DNA from: Octopus sinensis
Taxonomy: Eukaryota
Direction of reading: 5' to 3'
Length of the DNA stretch: 64,000 nucleotides
NCBI RefSeq assembly: GCF_006345805.1
Contig: NC_043006.1
Coordinates: 8,432,001-8,496,000, forward strand
Shown: piece after piece, positions 23,129-36,191 of the stretch
How the letters are laid out: every line of letters begins with the position of its first letter
Numbering within the stretch: position 1 is the first letter of the stretch
Translations under genes and position numbers: made by a program
The notes under the pieces: generated by a model
The model's database searches: none
What the model was told of the DNA's origin: nothing
Seen by the model: the letters and a program-made list of their open reading frames with translations, nothing else

Positions 23129-25848
23129 GTGTGCTACATATCGCCCTCCAGATGCCCCAAGCCATGTGGGCAAGTTTGAAGACTGCCTTATAAAAAAGAA
23201 GAAATTCTAACACATTAGAAAAAACACATAGGTGTGCTTATTAGGGAGACTTCAATCTGCCCAATGTCAGATGGCCCGGGGCCTTTCTCTCCAGGAATGA
23301 CAGATGTGAACGAGGAACAGGCGAGGTCACTCCTGAACCTCATCAACACCCTGTACATGGAGCAGGTAATACTCCAACCAACCAGGGCAGGTAACACACT
23401 GGATCTCTGCTTCAGAAATGACATGGATCTCATCCATAATGTGAAAGTGACACCGACACTACTCTCGGATCACAACATGATAGAGCTGACCATGTACGGG
23501 CCAAAAGAGAGCACGGACATGCAGCCTACAAGAAACCCTCAAAATCTTTCCAGCTTGAACTACCATAAGGCAAACTGGAAACAAATTGAGAAAGAGATCC
23601 TCAAACAAAACTGGCCTAAATGTCTCTCCTCGCCAGACATCGACGTGAAACTTCAAAATTCTGTCTGTAATGCAAGCCATATGCTACAAATGTGTCCCAG
23701 AGAGAAAGGCCACTGTACACAAGAACAAAATCCCCAGAGAGAGGAAAATTTTAATGCGGACGGCGTACGAAATTTTCAAATCGCCTAAAAACAAAACAGA
23801 TTGAAAGCAGTGAAAAGTCCCGCCTAAAAATAAAACTGTTGGAAATCGAAAAATGTCTGCAACTCTCCCATGAAAAATGAAAAGAAAGAGCAGACAAAGA
23901 AGCCTGGGCTATAGAAAACATAAAAATCTAACCCCAGAGCTTTCTACAGGTATGCCAAAGAAACAGCTACAGTTGCACTGTAGAATAGGGCCACTCCTCG
24001 AAAAGGATGGCACACTTACAGGAAAACCAATGAGGGTAAGGTGAAATACTGAATGAGCAATTCAAGAGTGTTTTCACTCCACCCCTTGGGCATCTCCAAA
24101 TCACCAATCCAAATGACTTTTTTACCACTGCAGATATAAAATCAGGGCGGCGACGATAGATTACATCGATATAAAGGAAGACGATGTAACCAAGGCTATA
24201 GATGAAATGAAAACAGACTCAGCTACTGGCCCCGATGGATTCCCAGCAATCCTTCCAAAAGCATGTAAGAGAGTCCTAGCAAGACCACTGCAGTTCCTTT
24301 CAGAGCTTCCTTGCAGCTGGCAAACTTCCAGAAAAACTGAAGGAAGGTAAAATATGCCCATTCATAAAGGAGGTAGCAGAGCGGAAGCCAAGAACTATAG
24401 ACCTATCTCTCTGACCTCACACATCAGCAAGGTCATGGAACGAATAGTCAGAAGGAAGCTGATCACCTTCCTTGAAGAGAATGACTTGCTGCCCGACACC
24501 CAACATGGTGTTTAACTCAGCTCCTACAACACTATGACTGGGTGCTGAAACGGCTGCTCAACCACTCAAATGTGGAAGTGATATATCTCGACTTTGCAAA
24601 GGCCTTTGATAAAGTCGATCATGGAATGATATGTCACAAACTGCGCGTGATCTCAACATAGTTGGAAAACTGGGCGAATGGCTTCATGACTTTCTGAAGG
24701 ATAGATAGAAGTCAGGTGGTAGTAGCCAATGGGGCCACCTCCATTAACACACAAATAGGAGCGGTGTTCCGCAGGGCACTGTTCTGGGACCACTATGTTC
24801 ATAAGGCCCTCTCAGACATGCCCTCAGCCACGCAGAGAGCCACGATCACAAGTTATGCAGATGATACAAAAGTTTCACAGGCAATACAGAACCCTGAGGA
24901 CACTAAACACCTGCAATGTGAGCTGGACGAAATATACAAGTGGGCTGAAAAGAATAGCATGCAGTTCAATGCTGGAAAGTTTCAAGCTTTATACTATCAG
25001 CATGCGAAACTGAATGCAATACCCATGAATACACTGGACCCGGAGGGATTGCAATCCCAGAGGCACAATCAGTGCGTGACCTGGGTATTCACATGAGTGA
25101 TGGACGCGACCTTTCATGTACATTGCTAAACTGACAATGAAATGTAGACGGCTGGCTGGATGGATTCTTAGAACCTTTAGAACAAGAGAACAAAAAACCA
25201 TGATGGTCCTCTGGAAGACACTTGTCCTAAGCCACTTTGACTATTGCTCTCAGCTATGGTCACCATCCAGTATCAAGTTGATCACAGAACTTGAGGCGAT
25301 CCAACGAAGCTACACGAAGAAGATAGCCTTTATGCAGAATGTAAGCTACTGGGAAAGACTCAAGAGATTAAAATTATATTCCCTGGAGCGTAGGCGGGAA
25401 AGATATGCCATAATATACATCTGGAAGATCCTGGAGGGAAGTGTCCTGAACTTTGGCATCGAGAGTTACGCAAATGCCAGAACTGGACGCCACTGCGTGG
25501 TGGCTAGGACTCCAAACCTGCCATCAAGATGTAGAACAAGATTCTGTGATAGCCTGGGCTTCCGAGGCCCACAGCTCTTCAATATCCTCCCGAAGAACCT
25601 GAGAGACCTGCATGGGGTGGATACAGATGTCTTTAAAATGAAGCTGGATCTCTTCCTGTCAGATGTCCCAGATGAACCAACTTCACGGCAGGAGGGGCAG
25701 ATGAGGGCAGCTGCATCGAACTCTCTCATGCACCAAATAGCAGTTGCTAGAAAGCCTCCATGAAGTGGAAACAAGTAGCAACACCAAATGGCGGTGCCCC
25801 AGCATGGCCACGCTCATTAAGCTGAAACTAGAATCAATCAATCAATCA

Positions 25849-25850
<2 letters not shown>
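23129..25850 (+). mobile_element. CR1-clade LINE, 5'-truncated ORF2 pseudogene (APE end, RT, C-terminus, (ATCA)n tail)
   Basis: GDFNLP, PTRAGNTLDL, SDHN (APE); GPDG, NYRPISLTSHISKVMER, YLDFAKAFDKVDH, YADDT (RT); ORF 25116-25763 LVLSHFDYCSQLWSP...LYSLERRRER; many frameshifts. Confidence 0.92.
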
Positions 25851-25880
<30 letters not shown>

Positions 25881-26022
25881 AATATATACATATGTATATA
25901 TATATATATTATATATATATATACATAATATATATGTATATATATAACATATATAGATATATATATATATACATAATATATGTATAATTAACATATATAT
26001 ATATATATATACATAATATATG

Positions 26023-26060
<38 letters not shown>

Positions 26061-26082
26061 CCTGATATATATGTATATATAT

Positions 26083-26125
<43 letters not shown>

Positions 26126-26288
26126 ACACACACACACACATACATATATTATATATATAATATATATATTATATATACTATATATATTATATATATATAT
26201 ATAACACACATACAACACATACATTTATATATATACATAATATATGTATATATATAACATATATATATATTATTATACATAATATATG

Positions 26289-26323
<35 letters not shown>

Positions 26324-26587
26324 ATACATAATATATGTATATATATATATATACATAATATATGTATATATATAACATATATATATATATATATATATAT
26401 ACATAATATATGTATATATATAAAACATATATATATATAATATACATAATATATGTATTAATAACATATATATATATATAATATATATATATATTAATAT
26501 ACATGATATATATGTATATATATAATATATATATATGTATATATATAAACACACACACATATATTATATATATATATATATATATAT
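25850..26587. repeat. long interrupted (TA)n-rich tract
   Basis: Direct reading. Confidence 0.95.
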
Positions 26588-27065
26588 GGCGTTGCTGAAT
26601 TATCTTGAGAACAATCTTTTCTTAGTGGTTAGACTATATGGGGTCTACTTCTAGCATAATGGATGTCCACTTACTGGTCATCCCTCTAACATATACTTAT
26701 ATATATATATATATATCATTATATATATATATATATATATATCTATATATATATATATATATTATATATATATATATATTATATCATATATACATACATA
26801 TATACATATATACATATACATACATAGATAATGAATCTATATAATATATAGATATTACATGCGTATAAGAAGGGATGATCACTAAGTGGACACACAATAC
26901 GCTAGGTATAGATCACCTACGATCTAACCACAAAGGAAAAGAATGTTCTGTAGAAAAATTCAGCAAACACCAGAACATAAGCGGGTAAGATAAATGAAAA
27001 TATACAAAATAAAAAAAATTAATCGTAGACTAGTTTCACCATTAATGATTTTACTTAGGTAACAA
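26588..27065. repeat. diverged inverted repeat around (TA)n; right arm extends into a pLTR-like fragment
   Basis: 26588-26692 (gctgaatt..gaacaatcttttc..gtggttaga..tgtccactta..gtcatccct) mirrors 26868-26975; minus strand 27024-27062 has an atca-ttaa-tggt stem + GAAACTAGTC. Confidence 0.6.
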
Positions 27066-27282
27066 TGTCAGTGGGTCTTCAGTACGACCGTTCTAATTCA
27101 ATATAACATGAAGAACTATACACAGGTTGTCCTCATAAAATTAGACGTTTGTACAGTTCTACCGATTACATTGGGGTTATATTCAAATGTCTCAGCTCTA
27201 GTACGCTAAATCCCGGAAACCGTTGTGCAGTAGATAATTCACTGCAGTGAATATTGCCGGTTAGAGAAAATAATTATTTAAA

Positions 27283-27484
27283 ATTTAAATAATAAGTGTG
27301 ATAAATTGAACATTAATTTAATTAACATCAATTTAAAACCAGTGGCCTAGCATATAGAAAAATTGTATTACATGCATGCATGTAACACTATTTTTCTGAC
27401 TTTTCAGATTTTTCTATATGCTAGGACACTGGTTTTAAATTGATGTTAAATTAATGTTCAATTTATCACCCTCATTCTTTAAAT
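27283..27484. mobile_element. foldback/MITE-like element, ~80-bp arms
   Basis: gtgataaattgaacattaattt..aacatcaatttaaaaccagtggcctagcatatagaaaaat mirrored at 27408-27484; related half copy at ~20315-20380. Confidence 0.85.
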
Positions 27485-27994
27485 ATATAGATAGATAGAT
27501 ATAGGAATATATATCGATAGATAAATAGATGCATATGTGTGTGTAATAAAGATCCTGCATTTTAAAACTGATGCGACACCCTTCGTATTTACAATATATA
27601 GCGAAATGTGTATTTAGAGCGATCCACTCGTGGCCCAGAAGATTCAATTTCCGGTTCAAAATTACATCATTTATATAATATCGGCTTTATTACGTCTATA
27701 GAAACTCAGGTAATATGCCTGCTATTATATAAACGGCTAATGGCCTAATGACACGAAATAGCCTGACGCTTTATGGAAAAATTGTTCTATCTACATAACT
27801 TTAAACTCCGCTGATGACAGTAAAATAGCAACGAAAACGAACGGTCATGGCTGATATAGCTCATTATTTTATAATTAGGTTTTAAGTTACTTGTGGATAA
27901 GCGTTTATATCAGCCATTATATCAATTCCATTAATCTACTTCACAACATTGAATATGTAATTATGAGTTCAATTTCACCATCCCAAACAAAACA

Positions 27995-28385
27995 AGTAGC
28001 AGTAGTAGTAGTAGTTGTTGTTGTTGTAGTAGTGTAGCTTCAGCAACAGCAGCTGAAGCTGTAGCAGCAACAGCAGTAGCAGCAGTAGTAGTAGTAGCAG
28101 TAGCAGTAGTAGCAGCAGCAATAGTTGTAACACTAGTAACAGCAGTAGTGGTAGTAGTAGTAGTAGTAATAGTAGTAGTGGTAGTAGCAGTAGTAGCAGC
28201 AGCAATAGTTGTAACACTAGTAACAGCAGTAGTGGTAGTAGTAGTAGTAGTAATAGTAGTAGTAGTAGCAGCAGGAGCAGTAGTAGCAGCAGCAATAGTA
28301 GCAACACTAGTAACAGCAGCAGCAGCAAAAGCAGCAGCAGCAGCAGCAGTAGTAGTAGTGGTGGTAGTCGCAGCAGCAGCAGCAA
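27995..28385. repeat. (TAG/CAG)n trinucleotide array with ~84-90-bp higher-order unit
   Basis: gcagcaatagttgtaacactagtaacagcag recurs near 28115, 28199 and 28289. Confidence 0.85.
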
Positions 28386-29059
28386 TTTCTGCTCCTGACT
28401 CGTAGCCTAATTAAACGCTGAGCAAAATCAAACTATACTGCTCTCTATGGTGAAAGAGAGGAATGAGGAGTGGAATCCAGGATTAGTTCTAAAGGAACGC
28501 CTCTGTACTATTTATTTCTAATCAATGCGTCATGCGTCACTAGGAAATCAGGATTGTATCAGCCTTTCTCTTCACCGGACCCGGTGCCCATGCAAAACGG
28601 GAGTAGAATAACACTAAAGGGTCCATTACAAAACAAAACTCACAATAATATGCTGGTATATCTCCAGCAATATAGCTTGATCTAGTAGAGAGAGACAACA
28701 GTGAGACCCCGTTAGTAGGAGAGGTTGGGAAGGTGAAAGGGGCAGTGGAATACAGAATAGTATGAGAATAATTCAGGAGACACTAAGCTAAGAGAAGTTA
28801 GCATAAGTCAAAGCATTTGTGGACCTGATAGGAGAAATGAACAAGTTAGAGAAAGTAACAATAGTGAAATGAGAACGAAAACTGGAAAAACGAAAAAAAA
28901 TGGATTAATGAAAAACTGAGGCAGTGTCAATAGATTACAAGAAGTGTAAGGAAAACTCGGGAAACCGTCGTTTGAAATTCAAAAAAATCTCCCAAAAAAG
29001 AATGAAAAACCTATTTTTTGAGACGATACAGAAATCACCAGGCTCTGACGGTTTTAATA

Positions 29060-29580
29060 TAGATAAGTTTCTTTATTGGCCACACAGGGCTGCACACAGA
29101 TGGGACAAGTTACAAGGTAGAGCTTTTCTTTTGGGGGATGAAAAAAACAAAAAAACAAAAAACAAAAGAAACAAAAAAAAGGTGGCGTAGGTTTTCGATC
29201 AAAATGGATCGTAAAAGGAAAAAAAAAACAAAAGGAAAAGGAACAAAACAAAAGAGAAATGAAAAAAAGAAGAAAAAAAGGGGAAAAAAGGGGAAGAGGG
29301 AAAAAAAAACGATCAATAGGGATCGTGTATCACAGTGTTATGATGTATGGTGTAAAGGGGAAAGCAAGTAAGGTTTATATCCGTGGGAAGAAAAGCCTAC
29401 GAAAAAGACCACGGTAACCTTGGTCAATATTGTTATATGTTACCACATTTGTTTGCAAGTGGGTAACCCTCTGTTTTCAATTTCTGGGTTAATAGGATTA
29501 TGCTCAAGGTGGCTTCGTCATTCATACGTGCCATCCTTGCTACGTTCACCCATCGTTTTTTAAAACATTCGCTAGAGATG
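29060..29580 (-). mobile_element. possible L1/Tx1-type LINE 3' end
   Basis: FKKRWVNVARMARMNDEATLSI in ORF 29433-29735 followed by a T-rich 3' UTR ending gccaataaagaaa. Confidence 0.4.
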
Positions 29581-29937
29581 GATGGATAGATAGGTGCATA
29601 AATAGACAGATAGATAGATAGACAGATAGATATATATATATGTGACGGACCTATTTGTGGCATATGATCTGCGTATAGTGTTGTTGCTAGTTTTGGGGTT
29701 AAGTATAACTTAACATGTGAGCGCTTTCTGACCAATGATCCTTTATCAGACGTTCAATGGAAGTTATTGCTGGCACTGTTTAAAGCTTCCGTAAGAAGTA
29801 GATGAATTTCCAGTCGCCAAGTTCATACGAGGGTTGAGGCTAGGCGTTGTTCCTTCACAGTGATGTGAAGAGAAAGAGAGAAGGCATGGGAGAGTGTGAA
29901 AGACAACAGGAGAGTAATGTAATGGGAGCGTGATATA

Positions 29938-30000
<63 letters not shown>

Positions 30001-30006
30001 ATACAA

Positions 30007-30320
30007 AACTCTGGAAATTGCATCTGCAATGTGAGTTGGACGTTATATACAGGTGAAATGAGTAAAATAACATGCAGTTTAAAGCAGAAAAATTCCAAGC
30101 CCTATGTTACCAACACTGGAAGCTCAATGAAAAGCAGGTAGGATACATTGGCCCAGGAGGGAATCTAATCCACAAATCTAAATCTGCGTGACCTAGGCAT
30201 TGACATGAGTAATGATGCACATTGCCAAGTTGGCGATAAAATGCAGAAATCTGGCCAGGTGGATCCTTTGAACTTTCAAAACAATGAAAAGGAAACCATG
30301 ATGGTCGTCTGGGGGTCTTT
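30007..30320 (+). mobile_element. degraded CR1-clade RT fragment
   Basis: Colinear with 24900-25215 (ctgcaatgtgagttggacg...catgcagttt...ctgcgtgacct...accatgatggtc). Confidence 0.75.
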
Positions 30321-30620
30321 CGCGCGGTGGATTTGAAAATTATAATGTATAAGCACGTGTATTTTCTGTGCCATTTGCTACATAAATATGCATTAATTTT
30401 AGCACCCTCACGGAAGAGGCACGGATAGCAAATTAATTTATTTGCACATTGATACAGAATGTCGAGTTTGAGGGTAACTACAAAAATATTTCTTATTTTC
30501 ATTCTCTTTGAAATAGCTCTTATTCGTGGATTAGACTTTGACTGCCCTTTCTAGTATGTAAGGTGTCCTGTCAAAGATCACCTCTTTCGTGTTTAAATAC
30601 GTAAATTGCTTATACACTAT

Positions 30621-30668
<48 letters not shown>

Positions 30669-31169
30669 TATATATGGTTTCCGGCGATGGTTCTATTATA
30701 GCAAATACTATTTAAATACCCTACTGAATCTAAATTTAGTTTATATTATTTTGCCTGTAAATTTGCTTATATGAGCAAATACAGTGGTATGTGTAGTGGC
30801 ATACAATCGCATAATGCCTGAACACGGGCTATACATACATACACAACACGCATTAACACACGCAACATACATAGACAAAGTTAGTATTTGCCCACACTGT
30901 TACACACAACACACGCAAACACACACACGCGCACTCACTCACACACGTCAGATTCACTCGCCCCTATTCACATAGACTTACACACTCACACACTCCATTC
31001 TCACATGCATACACATGCACGCGCACCTTCTCTTGGGATCACCAGCACTTCATTATCTCCATTGCATCACTTCGCTTTTTTTATTATCTCCCTTTCTTTC
31101 AACCACAATTTTCCTATCATTCACCTTGGTGGACCACTGAAATCGACATGTTTTTTTCCATTCTCTCTC

Positions 31170-31290
31170 TGCTTATTTTCTCTTCTTCTTTTCTGTTGAA
31201 GAGCGTAGGCTCGAAAAGTAGAAGACTTTCATTTTCCTGAGCGTCAAATTACTACACTTGCTTGATGTTCATACACCTGTCTTCTATAAA
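31170..31290 (+). mobile_element. pLTR-like mini-element, hammerhead with mutated stem III
   Basis: CTGTTGAaGAGCgtagGCTCGAAAaGTAgaagac at 31193-31226, then ttcctgagcg. Confidence 0.6.
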
Positions 31291-31359
31291 CAAAATATTC
31301 AAATACTAAGATTTAAAATAAGATGTCACTACTGTTAGTATCATTTGCGGATATAATTG

Positions 31360-31970
31360 AATATATTAATTCTTTCCGTTTCCTCGCCTATTGTTATTAT
31401 TCTGCTATCTTGGTGCTGTACGGTGGTTTAATTAAATCTTTAACTCTTCTAGCAGGTGTATGCTTTTATGCATCCTTACGTTTCGTGCAAATTTTTAATT
31501 TATAGCTAAATAATGCTATTTGCCTGCGGACCACCTATGTTACTACTGCTCATACAATCAATTTTAAATTTTATCCTCAGATGATATTAACAGTAGTGGC
31601 ATCTTATTTCAAATTTTAACGTTTCAATGTTTTGTATATAAATATTTCTGTACCATGTGGTGTGTTTTTGGCGCCAAACAAAACCGGTACCCTAGCAGAG
31701 TTTAACGTGAATTTTTACTCGAATTTTTACTTGATAGCCCAGACTGAAGGGGCTCAATGATTAAATTTTCCAAAAGCCGAACCCAGAATATGTAGATGTC
31801 CTAAACTGCACAATCTTTTATAGTTGTGCTTTTGAATGTATTAATTCTTTCCATTTCCTCGCCTACTGTTCTTTCTCTTTTATCTTCGTGCTGTACAGTG
31901 GCTTAGTTAAGACTTTAGCTCTTATTTCTAGCAGGTGTATGCTTTTATGCATCCTTACACTTCGTGCAAA

Positions 31971-31975
<5 letters not shown>
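31360..31975. repeat. ~135-bp diverged direct duplication (31360-31493 and 31835-31973)
   Basis: tattaattctttcc.tttcctcgccta...gtgctgtac...tctagcaggtgtatgcttttatgcatccttac..ttcgtgcaaatt occurs twice. Confidence 0.85.
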
Positions 31976-32030
<55 letters not shown>

Positions 32031-32032
<2 letters not shown>

Positions 32033-32239
32033 TAAAATTAATCAAAGGACATACTAAGTATGTCTGCCAGCTGGAAATAACAGTCAAAACTCTTATTTAA
32101 ATCGCCAAAATTACACTCAATCTGCTCTCAGTTGGCTTCAGTAGTTATCATCATTGTAAGTTTGGTAATTTAAATAAGAGTTTTGACTGTTATTTCCAGC
32201 AAGCAGACATACAAAGTATGTCCTTTGATTAATTTTAAT
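32031..32239. mobile_element. foldback/MITE-like element, ~80-bp arms
   Basis: attaaaattaatcaaaggacatact..gtatgtctgc..gctggaaataacagtcaaaactcttatttaaat mirrored at 32161-32239. Confidence 0.85.
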
Positions 32240-32439
32240 ATTAATCCTTCAGCTATTCAATGCTTTTCTTGGGCCTGCGATCAGCTGTATTATTAATTCT
32301 ATTATCATTTTTTAAAAATAGTCATTCCAGATAATAACAAAATTGATAGTATCTTAGCAAATTAATTTTCGAGAATTATAAATTTTTTTTTCTCGCGAAT
32401 TCTTTGCCTCTGTATAGAGTATATATATACATACATGTA

Positions 32440-32620
32440 TATATACAGAGAGAGAATTTCCCCAAAATACAAAAAACAAAAACGAAAACGGGTGTGTAAA
32501 CATCACACAAATGTATTAGTTTAACACTGGGGAAGTGAGAAAGTCTTTTACGTTTCAAGCCTACGCTCTTCAACAGAAAGGAACACAGAAATAAACAGGG
32601 AGAGGAAAATTAAAAGGTTT
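32440..32620 (-). mobile_element. pLTR-like mini-element with CUGUUGA hammerhead (32544-32580)
   Basis: Minus strand cttt-CTGTTGA-a-GAGC-gtag-GCTT-GAAAC-GTA-aaag. Confidence 0.65.
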
Positions 32621-33108
32621 AGTAGCTGGTGATATATATATATGTAAATGTTATATGTGACAATTATTCGGTAGCCATGATACACAAACACATACGCACA
32701 CACATATACACAGAAATATACAGAGAGAGATAGATGGGAGGAAGGGAGATTGAGAATGAGATAGATAAATATTGACAGATCTATCGTTTGTTGATAGGGT
32801 CTCTTAATTGTAAATTAAGCTGAATTCATGTGATACAACATTCCCATCGCCCGTATTTGGCCAAATATCATCTGGCGATATAATCTGTGCATTTTTAGCA
32901 CTTCGCATCTATACGAGATGATTTCTCAGGACGGTTACCGCAGCCTATTCTTTTCAAAACAACTTATCGCAGTTAAGTTGGATTAGCAAATTGATATACT
33001 TGTTCGTGTGTATGTGCGTGTGTGCGCTTGTGTAAATGGTAAATCAAACATCAAACAACTATAGGCTGCAAAAGAAAAGTTTTCCTTGATATTAAGGTGG
33101 TTATATAA

Positions 33109-33310
33109 GGCGGCGCGCAGGCGGAATCGTTAGCTCGCCAAGAGAAATGTTTTGTGGTATTTCGTTCATCTTCACGTTCTGAGTTCAAATTCCGTAGAGG
33201 TCGACTTAGTCTTTCATCCTTTCGGGGACGATAAATTAAGTAGCAGTGAAACACTGGGGCCAATGAAACCGACCAGTCGCCTCACCCAAAATGTCAGGCC
33301 TTGTGCCTAT
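33109..33310 (+). mobile_element. SINE family E, tail type 2
   Basis: Family E head and body followed by cccaaaatgtcaggccttgtgcctatag instead of the type 1 tail. Confidence 0.8.
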
Positions 33311-33374
33311 AGAGGAAATGCTATTAAGAGGATTAGAGTCACGCAATGAGATGTAACATTTTTATTTAGACCCC

Positions 33375-33750
33375 TTCTTCCAAGTAGAAATGATTTTGAA
33401 TTACTTATTGTAAAATTTACATTTGCGTGTATATTATGGCAAAAATATTCCCTCAGTAACAAGAAATAGAATTTGTATTTATTTCGATATTATTCATGAA
33501 ATGCTTCGTGGATGATAATACTGATGAAATTGCATTGTTTTGGTTTTTTATGACAGTAAGTCACGCTTCATAGCTGAATAAAAACATTGTTAATTTCATT
33601 TCTTATAAAAGAAAAGCTCAATTGATCAACTCAATATTTATTTTGATTAGCACCACGGAACAGGAACATTCTTACCTAGATAAATGAGTTGGAAGAGAGG
33701 ATCAATGATTTTGATGCCTTACGTTGGCTTATGGAATTTATCTAAAATTA
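33375..33750 (+). other. diverged paralogous block, copy 2
   Basis: Colinear with 16085-16420. Confidence 0.6.
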
Positions 33751-34816
33751 TCTTATTTGCTAAATAATTTTTCGCCACTTGAATATCTTGTGAGTTGTTT
33801 GTTCTGTGATGCTGCAAAATACTTGCCAGTGTGTTGATCCATCCGTATCAATGTTATCTTAGAATCTTTCTTGTTTGCATTTCTGCTTACGAACAAATTA
33901 CTATTTAAGTTCTTCTTTGTACACTTTTTTGCTTGTAACATCTGACAGACTCGCTTTTTTGCATAAAGACATAAACGTTTTGTGTTCCACAACGTAAATA
34001 GAGATCTGCTCGAGGATACCATACAGGCATATTTGACGTTGTTCAACACAGTAATAACTTCATTTCCTCATGATATAAGAATAAAAAAAGCGTCGAGGCA
34101 TTTAAAATTAAATTTCGTTTTGTATATTCAGTAAATGAACTACAAGGTTAGCATTATCGCCTGTGTATATATCTAAGAAATCATACAATCTTAATATGAG
34201 AATCTTCATTCTTTTTTTATATTGTTCTTTTTCTCCTTTGTCGCTGTTTTTCTAATGTTGCTTTACTAGGTAGAAATTTTGACACAGTCACAGCTATAGA
34301 GGATGTCGCAACTATATCGTCACAGGAATGGTGACGAAGCTTTGTACAGGTTTACACCTACACAGAATTTAACTATTATATTTCATAAAATGTGCAAAAA
34401 TCGTGTTATAAACTTTATCCTCGTAAATATCCTTAGCTACTTAATTTATATATTGAAAATGGCAGCATCAGCATTTCCTAAAGATGACTACGAAACTTAT
34501 TAAAGTCTCTAAATTTATGAAACACCTCTTCACGTCTATAATGAAGATAATTTCATATAAACTTCATTGCCTACACAGTTGTATATAGCACAATGGAACA
34601 TCACGTGTACAAATACCCGAATTATTGTATAATTTACTCCCGGTTTCAATCCAACCTACAGATTTGCGCATTGTAAGAAAGAGTTGTCGCATGAAATAGG
34701 CCTAAATTATCCCCGTAATTACGGTTAATTATATGTTTTACCCATCGCATAAAGATGCGGAAGTTTAACAGTTCATTTCTTGGGAAACGCTTCACCGTTA
34801 TGTTGAGAACTAAATA

Positions 34817-34992
34817 TAGGCGCAGGAGTGGCTGTGTGGTAAGTAGCTTGCTTACCAACCACATGGTTCCGGGTTCAGTCCCACTGCGTGGCATCTTGGG
34901 CAAGTGTCTTCTGCTATAGCCCCGGGCCGACCAATGCCTTGTGAGTGGATTTGGTAGATGGAAACTGAAAGAAGCCTGTCGTATATATGTAT

Positions 34993-35074
<82 letters not shown>

Positions 35075-35275
35075 CTGCGTTTGTCCTCCTAGCATTGCTT
35101 GACAACCGATGCTGGTGTGTTTATGTCCCCGTCACTTAGCGGTTCGGCAAAAAGAGATCGATAGAATAAGTGCTGGGCTTACAAAGAATAAGTCCCGGGG
35201 TCGAGTTTCTCGATTAAAGGCGGTGCTCCAGCATGGCCGCAGTCAAATGACTGAAACAAGTAAACGAGAAAACGA
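34817..35275 (+). mobile_element. SINE family A, full length
   Basis: As 19026-19423 with a longer internal (TA)n. Confidence 0.92.
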
Positions 35276-35940
35276 GATACCATCGAATGTAATTTTAACT
35301 GTCAATCCATTACCATGTAGCTTTACTCAAATATTGCCATAGAACAATGGAACTCTGATATATAATTTCAAAACTTTCAGGCAACAAGAATACGTTATTG
35401 TGGATGCAATTTCAGATGCATTAACATTCATAAAGAATGGAATCCATTTTACATCTTAGAGTATTTATATATACGTCTTGTCGATTTCTCGGAATAAACA
35501 CATATTGTAATAATCATAGAAGTTAAACTACTATATCGTTTGTTTTTCACATAGTCCAGTATCAAAAATAATGAGAAGGTTGGATAAAACGTGAAAGCAA
35601 AATATAAGATAATCAGCACCGAGTTATTTCAGCACCGAGAGAAAGGGAAAATCATTATAGCTAGGATAAAATTAATTTTAGAAATGTCATAGGGCATTAC
35701 AAATCCTGCTTATCTTGTTTAAAATTTAATGTAAAGGCAAGAATATGTGTTGATAATTTCTAGTTTCAATTTAACCAAAATTGTATATTTGAATAATATA
35801 TGAAAGGGAAATACATTACCACAGATATTAGCTTTTTTATTTTTAATTAACTTAATAGTAGAGCTATAAACATGCAAAAGTTTAGAGAAAAGCATGTAAA
35901 ATGTACACACATACACAACACACACATCTGTATATATACA

Positions 35941-36020
<80 letters not shown>

Positions 36021-36121
36021 AATATCATATATACATATATATATATATACACACATTCATATATGTGTATGCGCGTGAATCTATGTGGATGTAAGGATAT
36101 GTCGACAGCTGTATATGTACG

Positions 36122-36191
<70 letters not shown>

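Noticed and set aside
27995-28385. CRISPR-like or regularly interspaced array
   Set aside because: Units are degenerate trinucleotide repeats without unique spacers; eukaryotic context
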